Positions 12,969 through 20,913 of a DNA stretch of 64,000 nt are shown here, one piece after another. Every line of letters starts with the position of its first letter. Position 1 is the first letter of the stretch. The notes beneath the pieces are model-generated. The model worked only from the letters and a program-made list of their open reading frames with translations, searched no databases and was not told the DNA's origin. Made by a program: the position numbers and the translations under genes. The DNA lies in assembly GCA_039028615.1 (NCBI GenBank), contig JBCCHT010000050.1, positions 1-64,000 on the forward strand, written 5' to 3'. Source of the DNA: Myxococcota bacterium (GTDB taxonomy: Bacteria > Myxococcota_A > Polyangia > Nannocystales > Nannocystaceae).

Positions 12969-13523
12969 ATGCATCGCTTTTCCACCATCGTCGCTTCCCT
13001 GTTGCTCGTGGGCGCGTGTGCGACCCCCGAGCCGAGCGACGACATGGGCGTGGTGATGCCCGAAGAGCCGACGTGGCGCACGCTCATCGACCACACGCAG
13101 TGGCAGGAGCAAAACGCCGACGTCGACCCCGCGGCCGGCCATCGCCCGGGCGCGGTCGAGTGCGCGGGCGGCTGGTACGAGGAGCTCGGTGGCCTCGAGG
13201 TGGACACCAGCCTGTGCAACTACCTGTCGATCGAGCAGCCGCTGCTGGCCGACCTCGAAGAGGGCGACCTGGTGCGCCTGCGCATGTGGTGGGCGAGCCT
13301 CGCCAGCGTCGACCCAGCCGAAGGCCACATCGCGGTGTTCGTCGACGGCATGCCGCTTTGGGAAGAGCATGTCGCCATTCCCGGGCCGGCCGAAGCGCGC
13401 AGCCTGGAATTCGAGAGCCCCATTTCCGCCCCCGAAGGGGCTACATTGACCCTTCATCTTCACAACCACGGGTACAATACGTGGAATTTTCACGAGCTGA
13501 TCGCCCTCGGCTCGGACACTTGA
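12969..13523 (+). CDS. Hypothetical lipoprotein with C-terminal His-rich motif
   Basis: Lipobox VGAC; HLHNHGYNTW near the C-terminus; 9 bp upstream of the copper monooxygenase gene. Confidence 0.75.
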   Translation: MHRFSTIVASLLLVGACATPEPSDDMGVVMPEEPTWRTLIDHTQWQEQNADVDPAAGHRPGAVECAGGWYEELGGLEVDTSLCNYLSIEQPLLADLEEGDLVRLRMWWASLASVDPAEGHIAVFVDGMPLWEEHVAIPGPAEARSLEFESPISAPEGATLTLHLHNHGYNTWNFHELIALGSDT

Positions 13524-13532
13524 GCATTCGTC

Positions 13533-14951
13533 ATGCAACGACCCAGCCCCTCGCTCCCCCTGTCCACCCTCGGCCTGCTCATGGCCCTGGGCCTTCCCGC
13601 TTGTGGAGACGACTCCACCAACAACGATGACGGGGCCGCGACCGAAGGCGCCGCCACGACCACGGGCGACACCGATTCCGTGGTCGATGACACCGGCACC
13701 AGCGGAGGGTCGACCGCCGCGATCACCTACTGGGACGACGTCGCACCCGTTCTGTACCAGCGCTGCACGGGCTGCCACCAAGACGGGAGCATCGGGCCCT
13801 TCAACCTGCAGACCTACGAAGACGCGCAGACCTGGGGCGCGGCCATGGTCGCGGCCATGGAGGCCCGCACCATGCCGCCGTGGCTGGTCACCGACGACGG
13901 CAGCTGCGGCGAGTTCCGTGACTCGCGATGGATGCCCGACGAGGAAATCGCGCTCATCTCCGCCTGGGTGGACGATGGCGCGCCCGAGGGCGAGCCCCGC
14001 GACGACCTCGAGCTTCCCTCCTTCCCCGCGCTCGACAACCCCACCACGTTCGAGACGCCCAACTTCACGCCGGAGATCCAGGGCGGCGAGCTGGCCGAGT
14101 TCGACGAGTACCGCTGCTTCCTCGTCGACCCCGACCTGCCCGGCGATCGCTTCATGACCGGCTACGACGTGCTGCCCGGCAACGAGGCCATCGTGCACCA
14201 CGTGCTCGTGATGCCGGTCGACCCCGACCTCCAGGTCAACGGCACGCAGACCAACGCCGAGGTCATGCAGGCGCTGGACGACGAGTCTCCCGACCGGGCG
14301 GGCTGGCCCTGCTTCGGTGCTGCGGGCGACGGCGTCGACAACCGAGGCATCCCCGTGTCGTGGGCTCCGGGCCAGGGCGTGGTCAGCTACCCCGAAGGCA
14401 CCGGCCTGCGCATCGCACAGAACGAGCAGCTCGTCGTCCAGGTGCACTACAACCTGGTCGACCCGGCCACCCATGGGCAGAGCGACCAGAGCCAGATCCA
14501 GCTGCGGCTCGAGGAGTCGGTCGAGCGCGAGGGCATCATGCTGCTGCCCGACCCCTTCCTCGACTCGATCTTCGGCGACGACCCCATCACCCTGCCGCCC
14601 GGTGAAGAGTCGGTGGAGTACACCTGGGAGGTCCCGGCCCTGCTCGTGCTCGCCGAGCTCGGAATCCCCCAGATCGAGCTGCACGGCGTGTTCCCCCACA
14701 TGCACGAGTTCGGCACGGCCATGCGGCTGGACATCAACGGGGCCGACGACAGCGAGTGCGCGGCCGAGGTGACCGACTGGGACTTCGGCTGGCAGCTCCA
14801 GTACTTCTACGAAGAGCCGCGGGTCCTGACCGCCAGCGATTCCCTGCAGGTGACCTGCGAGTTCAACACCATGAGCGCGACCGAGCCGGTCACCCCCGGC
14901 TGGGGCACCAACAACGAGATGTGCCTGATGGGCGTGTACCTCGTGCCCTGA
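13533..14951 (+). CDS. Lipoprotein: c-type heme domain plus copper type II (PHM/DBM-like) monooxygenase domains
   Basis: Lipobox LPAC; CTGCH heme motif with MPPW; Cu ligands HH (IVHHVL), H (QVHY), HMH and EMC. Confidence 0.82.
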   Translation: MQRPSPSLPLSTLGLLMALGLPACGDDSTNNDDGAATEGAATTTGDTDSVVDDTGTSGGSTAAITYWDDVAPVLYQRCTGCHQDGSIGPFNLQTYEDAQTWGAAMVAAMEARTMPPWLVTDDGSCGEFRDSRWMPDEEIALISAWVDDGAPEGEPRDDLELPSFPALDNPTTFETPNFTPEIQGGELAEFDEYRCFLVDPDLPGDRFMTGYDVLPGNEAIVHHVLVMPVDPDLQVNGTQTNAEVMQALDDESPDRAGWPCFGAAGDGVDNRGIPVSWAPGQGVVSYPEGTGLRIAQNEQLVVQVHYNLVDPATHGQSDQSQIQLRLEESVEREGIMLLPDPFLDSIFGDDPITLPPGEESVEYTWEVPALLVLAELGIPQIELHGVFPHMHEFGTAMRLDINGADDSECAAEVTDWDFGWQLQYFYEEPRVLTASDSLQVTCEFNTMSATEPVTPGWGTNNEMCLMGVYLVP

Positions 14952-15023
14952 TTCGGTCCATCGCGTTGTCGCGTCGCCGCCTTTTTGCGACGCTGAGCGG
15001 GCGCTCCCAACCGGGGCGCCCGC

Positions 15024-17894
15024 ATGCGTTCGAAACCCCATGACGGCCCGGGTTCGGGCTGCCCGACCGATGCCGTGCTGGCTCGCTTCATCGAGGGCGA
15101 GCTGCACGGCACCGAGCTCGACGCGCTCGAGCAACACCTCGACGCCTGTGCGGAGTGCATCGAGCTGGTCGCCGCGCTCAATGAAGATGCGGACAGCGAC
15201 CCCGCCCTGGCGCCGACCGTGTCGAGCGACGGCGAACACGCCCCTATCGCCCCCGTCACCCTGCAGACGGGCAGCCGACTCGGCCGCTATGTGGTGCTCG
15301 ACCCGGTGGGCTCGGGCGGCATGGGCGTCGTGTACGGCGGCTACGATCCGGAGATCGATCGCAAGGTCGCCCTGAAGCTGGTGCGAGTCGCTCGCGACGA
15401 CGAGGGGCAGCACCGCAAGCGGCTGCTGCAAGAGGCGCGAGCGATGGGCCAGCTGGCGCACCCGAACATCGTCGCCGTCTACGACGTGGGCACGAGCGAC
15501 GCCGGGGTCTTCGTGGCCATGGAGTTCATCGACGGGCTCACGCTGCATGCCTGGCAGCGGACCGAGCCCCGGCGCTGGTCCGAGATCATCGAGATCTATC
15601 GCCAGACGGGGCTGGGCCTGGCCGAGGCCCATCAGCACGGCGTGGTGCACCGCGACTTCAAGCCGGGCAACGCCATGGTCGGTGACGATGGTCGGGTACG
15701 CGTGCTCGACTTCGGGCTGGCTCGGCTGGCCCCGTCGACCGAGCGGTCTCGCGAACGAGCCATCGCCACCGCCGAGTCCCGCAGCGCCGCCAGCTCGTTG
15801 CTGACCCGGGCGGGCACGATCATGGGCACGCCCGGCTATATGGCGCCCGAGCAGCGCGCGGGCGACCCCGCGGATGCCCGGAGCGACCAGTACTCGTTTT
15901 GCGTGGCTCTTCACGAGGCGCTCGTCGGCGTGCGGCCGGGCGCGGACGACCCCTCCGGCACGACCCACAAGGTCCCCGCCTTCGTACGCCAGGCGCTGAG
16001 CCGGGGACTCGCCGAAGACCCAGCCCAGCGCTGGCCAGACATGCGCAGCCTGCTGGACGCGCTCGATCCCCGACCGAGGCGACAAAAGCGGTGGCTGGCC
16101 GCCGCGGCGGTGGGCGGCTTGGCGTTGGCGTCCGCCTTTGCCTACGAACGCAGCCTCGACGGGCCCCCCGCCCCCTGTCAAAACGCGGCCGCCCAGTTCG
16201 ACGAAGTCTGGGGGCCGGAGTCCAAGGACGCGCTGAAGGCAGCCATCTCCGCCAGCAACAGCCCGATGCGCGCCGATCTCGAGCGCACCGTGCCCGCGCT
16301 GCTCGACGACTATCGCGACGACTGGATCGAGGGCCACACCACCGCCTGCGAGGCCACCCGAGTGCACGGAGAGCAGTCGGCCACGGTGCTCGACCGACGC
16401 ATGACCTGCCTGGAGCGAGTCCGTCGCGAGACCGGGAGCGCGGTCGAGCTGCTTCGCGGCGGCGACGAGGGCGTCCTTCGTCGGGCGGCGGAGATCGTGA
16501 CCGAGCTGCCCGCGTTGTCTCGGTGTGCCGATCGACAGGCCCTGCTCGCCGCCGTGCCACCGCCCGACGATCCCGACACCGCGCGACTGGTCGAAGCGCT
16601 GCACGCGGTCCTGGGCGACGTACGAGTGCAGCAACGCGCCGGTCGCTACCAGCGAGGCATCGCCCTGGCCACCGAGGCCATCGCCAAGGCCGACACGCTC
16701 GACTACGAGCCCATCGCGGCCCGCACTCGCCTCCAGGCCGGGAGCCTGCACAAGTCGGCCGGCGACGACGAGCGGGCGGCCGAGCGACTATGGGAGGCCT
16801 ACTGGATCGCGAGACGAATCGGCGACGACGAGACGATCGTCGAGGCGGAGCTCGAGCTGCTGCTCGTGCTCGGAGCGCGCCTCCAACAGACCGATGCCGC
16901 CCGTGACATCGGTCGGCACGCCCGGGCCGACATCGAGCGGATCGGCAACCGCGACGAACACTGGCACCACTACCATCGCAGCGAAGGCGCGGGGCGACTG
17001 GCCGTGGGCGACTTCGAGGCGGCCGACGAGGCATTCGAGGAGTCGCTCCGGCTCAGCCGCCAGCTCTACGGCTCCAACCCCACCACCGCGATGGATCTGA
17101 CCAACCTCGCGATGACCCGCACCAAGCTCGCGCGCGGCGAGGAGGCGGTCGAGCTGCTCACGGAAGCTCGCCAGATCTACGAGCAGTTCCTCGGCCCGCG
17201 GCACCCCTTGTTCATGGGCTTGCTCGACTCCATGGGCCAGGCCCTCCCGGGCCTGGACCGCACGACGGAAGCGATCGACCTCTTCGAGCGGGCGATCGAG
17301 ATCGGCGACGAGACCTGGGGCCCCAAGGCCGCCCGCGTGGCCCACGTGAGGATGAACCTCGGCACTGCCCTGTTCGACGTGCGGCGCTTCGACGAGGCCG
17401 AAGCTCTGTTCACCCGGGTCGCGGAGGTCTACGCCGATCACTACGGCCCGACGCACACCTACGTGGCCACGGCCGAGTACAACCTGGGTGACGCCGCCGC
17501 GGCGCGGGAGGCCTTCGAATCGGCGCTCGAGCACTACGCGCGTGCACTGACGATCTTCGAAGAACAGCTGGGCGCCGACAACCGGCACCTGTCCCCGCTG
17601 CACTTGGTGATCGCCCGCGCTCACCTGGGCATCGGTCGGCTCGACGACGCCGCACGGTCCCTCGACCGCGCCGAGGCCCGGTGCACCCACGAAGACACGC
17701 TCGAGGACACCTGCGCCGAGGTCTCGTTCACCCGTGCCCGGCTCATGGCCGAGAACCCCGAGCGCCGCCCCGACGCGGTGGCGCTGGCCCGCCGAGCCCG
17801 CGACACCCTACGGAAGCTCCGACCGCGGCACCCCGACCTCCCGGCGATGGATCGCTTCGTGGAGGCTCAGGGGGTGGCCGAGCCCAAGCCCTGA
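15024..17894 (+). CDS. Ser/Thr protein kinase with N-terminal zinc-finger, TM helix and C-terminal TPR repeats
   Basis: HLDACAEC; GSGGMG, VALK, HRDFKPGN, DFG, GTPGYMAPE; TPR repeats with LGPRHP/YGPTH. Confidence 0.92.
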   Translation: MRSKPHDGPGSGCPTDAVLARFIEGELHGTELDALEQHLDACAECIELVAALNEDADSDPALAPTVSSDGEHAPIAPVTLQTGSRLGRYVVLDPVGSGGMGVVYGGYDPEIDRKVALKLVRVARDDEGQHRKRLLQEARAMGQLAHPNIVAVYDVGTSDAGVFVAMEFIDGLTLHAWQRTEPRRWSEIIEIYRQTGLGLAEAHQHGVVHRDFKPGNAMVGDDGRVRVLDFGLARLAPSTERSRERAIATAESRSAASSLLTRAGTIMGTPGYMAPEQRAGDPADARSDQYSFCVALHEALVGVRPGADDPSGTTHKVPAFVRQALSRGLAEDPAQRWPDMRSLLDALDPRPRRQKRWLAAAAVGGLALASAFAYERSLDGPPAPCQNAAAQFDEVWGPESKDALKAAISASNSPMRADLERTVPALLDDYRDDWIEGHTTACEATRVHGEQSATVLDRRMTCLERVRRETGSAVELLRGGDEGVLRRAAEIVTELPALSRCADRQALLAAVPPPDDPDTARLVEALHAVLGDVRVQQRAGRYQRGIALATEAIAKADTLDYEPIAARTRLQAGSLHKSAGDDERAAERLWEAYWIARRIGDDETIVEAELELLLVLGARLQQTDAARDIGRHARADIERIGNRDEHWHHYHRSEGAGRLAVGDFEAADEAFEESLRLSRQLYGSNPTTAMDLTNLAMTRTKLARGEEAVELLTEARQIYEQFLGPRHPLFMGLLDSMGQALPGLDRTTEAIDLFERAIEIGDETWGPKAARVAHVRMNLGTALFDVRRFDEAEALFTRVAEVYADHYGPTHTYVATAEYNLGDAAAAREAFESALEHYARALTIFEEQLGADNRHLSPLHLVIARAHLGIGRLDDAARSLDRAEARCTHEDTLEDTCAEVSFTRARLMAENPERRPDAVALARRARDTLRKLRPRHPDLPAMDRFVEAQGVAEPKP

Positions 17895-18901
17895 GTCGCG
17901 CTGGCGGCCCGCGAGGGCGCGGTGGCCAGCACGAAGGCGTCGGCGAAGATGCGGCGCGAGGACAGGCCGGCGAGGAAGAGCCCGCGGCGCAGACGATGGA
18001 CGACCGCCGAGTCTCCGCACAGCAACACGCGATAGCGGGCCTTGGTGGCCGGGTCGGCCCGCGCAAACAGCTGTAGGGCAAACTTGTCGACCGGCGCCCG
18101 GAGGATGTTCTCGGAGTCGGTCCCGTCGCCTTCGAGCACACAGCTGTGCATGTGCAGCGTGCCGTGCTCGCGGGCCAAGGCACGCAGGTCGTCGTGCAGG
18201 TACAACCCCTGCCGATCGAGCCCGGCCTCGACGATGGTCATGGAGCCGCGGTGGTCGCTGGCCAACGCCTCGCGCACGACCCCCCATAGCGGAGCGATGC
18301 CCGTGCCCACGCCCACCATCAGCAGCGGCGCGTCGGGATCGTCGGGGGCGTAGACGCAGTCGCCATAGGGACCGCGGATGCGCACCCGCGTGCCGCGGCG
18401 AGCATCGTGGTACGCCCAGCCGCTCATCGCCCCCCCCGCCATCAGCCGAATGTGCAGCTCGAGCCAAGGCTCGCCCGGGCGGTTGGCCATGGAGTAGCTG
18501 CGAGACAGACCGTCTTCACGCTCGAGGACGAGGTACTGCCCCGCCTGGTGCTCGACCGGAGCGTCGGGCCGCAGCCGCAGTCGCACCACGGTGGCGCTCA
18601 GGCGGGTCACGTCGACGATCTCCGCCTCGGTCGAACCCGCATCGTCGGCCGGGAACGCATGGAGGTCGGTCACGGGGCGACAAAGACAGGCCAGGAACAA
18701 CCCCCGAGCCGACTCGCTGGGCAGCAAGCCCCGCTGGGCGGCGCTGGGCACCGAGTCGGGGGTTGCCTGGAGGACACACGTCTTGCAAAGGCCACGACGG
18801 CAGGTATGCGGGACGGAAGCACCGACCCGCAGGAGCCCTTCGAGCACGGTCTCGCCCCGCTGCAGCGTGACTTCCCGGCCCTGGTAGACGATCGTGGCCA
18901 T
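17867..18901 (-). CDS. 2Fe-2S ferredoxin / FAD-NAD(P)H oxidoreductase
   Basis: CRRGLCKTC...LAC 2Fe-2S motif; RSYSMA (FAD), GAMS, GPYG, GVGTGIAP, LCG. Confidence 0.9.
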   Translation of the reverse strand: MATIVYQGREVTLQRGETVLEGLLRVGASVPHTCRRGLCKTCVLQATPDSVPSAAQRGLLPSESARGLFLACLCRPVTDLHAFPADDAGSTEAEIVDVTRLSATVVRLRLRPDAPVEHQAGQYLVLEREDGLSRSYSMANRPGEPWLELHIRLMAGGAMSGWAYHDARRGTRVRIRGPYGDCVYAPDDPDAPLLMVGVGTGIAPLWGVVREALASDHRGSMTIVEAGLDRQGLYLHDDLRALAREHGTLHMHSCVLEGDGTDSENILRAPVDKFALQLFARADPATKARYRVLLCGDSAVVHRLRRGLFLAGLSSRRIFADAFVLATAPSRAASATQGLGSATP

Positions 18902-18912
18902 GGAGGTCGGGC

Positions 18913-19287
18913 CTAGCGACCGAGCACGTCGTTGCGGACGCTCTCGGCCACGGCCGCCACCTTGCCGATGAGCTCGGCTGGCACGTTGAGCGAAGCCAAC
19001 GTGTCACCCAGGTGCTTGATGACCAGGTCGACGTGCCGATCGGTGATGCCCAACCCCTGCACGCGGGCATGAGCGGTGCGCATGTCCTTGCCCGTGTATT
19101 CGTTGGGACCGCCCGTCACCATGGTGAGGAAGGCCTTCTGCTTGGCGATCTGGCCGTTCATGTCGACGTCGTCGAAGAAGTTGGCCAGCTCGGAGTCGGA
19201 CAGTACTCGGCGGTAGAAGTCCTCCACCGCCGCATCGATGGCCGGTTCTCCACCTAACTGATCGTAGATGCTCTTATCTTCACTCAT
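18913..19287 (-). CDS. Group I truncated hemoglobin (GlbN/trHbN-like)
   Basis: SIYDQLGG, FYRRVLSD, FF, GGPNEYTGKDMRTAH (proximal His). Confidence 0.93.
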   Translation of the reverse strand: MSEDKSIYDQLGGEPAIDAAVEDFYRRVLSDSELANFFDDVDMNGQIAKQKAFLTMVTGGPNEYTGKDMRTAHARVQGLGITDRHVDLVIKHLGDTLASLNVPAELIGKVAAVAESVRNDVLGR

Positions 19288-19378
19288 TACTGCAACCCGT
19301 ACTCGTACGAGTACCTACCCGAGGCGCCCAGAGCAAGCGAAAGGGCCCCAGGTGGCCCATGGTAGGCTGGGTTGACGC

Positions 19379-19981
19379 GTGAAAACTGGACGCCACCATC
19401 CGCGAGTCTGCCTGTGCATGCTGCTGCTCGTCGGGCCGCTGGGGTGTTTCGGTGACTGGGTCAGCGCCCGTACCCGTCCGCATCGCGAGACCCTGCCCGC
19501 CGCCACGAAGCCGGACCCCGAGCCGGACCCCAGCATGGCGCCCGAACAACGATGCCCCGCGTATCTCGATGCGGTGACCAAGCTGTGCACCGAGGTGTTG
19601 CGTGGCTCCCCGCACTCCCCGGGATGCCACGCGCAGATCGTCCGCGTGATGGCGCTGGCCGACAGCAAGGACCCGACCCCCCGCCACGAACGCTGCTGGA
19701 AGCACCTGCAGGACATGCCGGAGACGAACGGGGCCGTAGCGGACACGGGCACCGACGACTCCGAGGTGGTGAGCCTCGGCCCGCAGTGCCAGGCCTGGGG
19801 CGCCGCCATCTACGAGCGCTGCGTGACCCCGCTGAGCGACCCCGAACCAAAGCTCGACCAGTGCCCCGCCGACCTCGCGGCGTTCGAGGGCACGCTCGCC
19901 AGCATCGCGTTCGGGAGGGCCCAGGAGTACGAGCCCTCGTGTCGCGACGCCGCCGAGCGGCTCGAATCCCTCGAGCCCTGA
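19379..19981 (+). CDS. Hypothetical Cys-containing exported protein/lipoprotein
   Basis: Hydrophobic N-terminus with PLGC; paired Cys residues; start uncertain. Confidence 0.55.
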   Translation: MKTGRHHPRVCLCMLLLVGPLGCFGDWVSARTRPHRETLPAATKPDPEPDPSMAPEQRCPAYLDAVTKLCTEVLRGSPHSPGCHAQIVRVMALADSKDPTPRHERCWKHLQDMPETNGAVADTGTDDSEVVSLGPQCQAWGAAIYERCVTPLSDPEPKLDQCPADLAAFEGTLASIAFGRAQEYEPSCRDAAERLESLEP

Positions 19982-19993
19982 TCGAGCCGTCGA

Positions 19994-20770
19994 CTACTTC
20001 GAGTTGCCCACGCACTCGAAGGGCGCGAGGCACTCGTCCAGGCCCTTGCCCGTCGCGGGACACTCTGCGCCGCCGGTACAGGCATACACGTCGGGCAGGT
20101 CCGCGATGGGGCAGTCGGCGAGGTCGACCATGCACGCCGCAGCACAGTCCTCGGCTTTGGACCACGGGTGCATGTCCGCGGGCTCGCACTCGCACGCGGT
20201 CTGGCAGAAGTCCTCGATGTCGACGTGCGTGGTCGAGTCTTGCTGCCACATGCACTGCGGCGGCTCCCCTTGCACGCAGGTCATCCCGTTCGGGCACGAG
20301 GTGACATCGGGAACGCACACCAGCCGACACACCCCCGCCGACTCGTCCGAAGACACGCAGACCGGGCTGGCGTTGCCGCCATCGGGCGCCGGGCATTCCT
20401 CGTCGCTCTCGCACGGGAACCCGCAGACGCTATAGGCCCCGGCCGTCGTGTCGCGCTCCAGGCATTGCCCCGCGGCGCCGCCACCCGTGCCCGAGTCCGC
20501 GGGCATGTCCACGCACTGCTCGGTGGTCGCCAGCGGCCCCGCACACGCAGCGTAGGCATGATCGGCGGGCTCCTGGTCGCCTGTCCCGGACGAGCCTCCG
20601 GTGGAATCGCCCGTGCCTCCGCCGGTCTCGGTCGCGCTGCCGCTCGTGGTCGCGCTTGCTCCCGTGGAGGTCATCGCGATCTGCCCCGGCACGAACGAAT
20701 CGTCGTCGGAGCACCCGAGGACCATAGCCCCCATCAGCAACGGAAAAAGCCAAGTTCGTAGACCCGTCAT
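19994..20770 (-). CDS. Cys-rich lipoprotein
   Basis: MTGLRTWLF...VLGC lipobox; Thr/Gly linker; many Cys. Confidence 0.75.
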   Translation of the reverse strand: MTGLRTWLFPLLMGAMVLGCSDDDSFVPGQIAMTSTGASATTSGSATETGGGTGDSTGGSSGTGDQEPADHAYAACAGPLATTEQCVDMPADSGTGGGAAGQCLERDTTAGAYSVCGFPCESDEECPAPDGGNASPVCVSSDESAGVCRLVCVPDVTSCPNGMTCVQGEPPQCMWQQDSTTHVDIEDFCQTACECEPADMHPWSKAEDCAAACMVDLADCPIADLPDVYACTGGAECPATGKGLDECLAPFECVGNSK

Positions 20771-20913
20771 GCAGGTGCACCGATACAGGACGAGCCCGGC
20801 CAAGGGCAAGCCAGAGGGCCGCACACCGTGCGCTCCTAGACACACATTGTGACCGGCCCAGTGTGGGGCAATCGCACGGTCGTGCTCCCCTCGCCTCTCC
20901 GTGCCGTTTTACG

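Noticed and set aside
12882..16751. 1289-aa minus-strand ORF (and similar long ORFs at 1117-3417 +, 29867-34138 -, 25799-27763 -, 20836-22863 -)
   Set aside because: Antisense shadows of well-supported genes, expected with strong GC3 bias; no recognisable motifs
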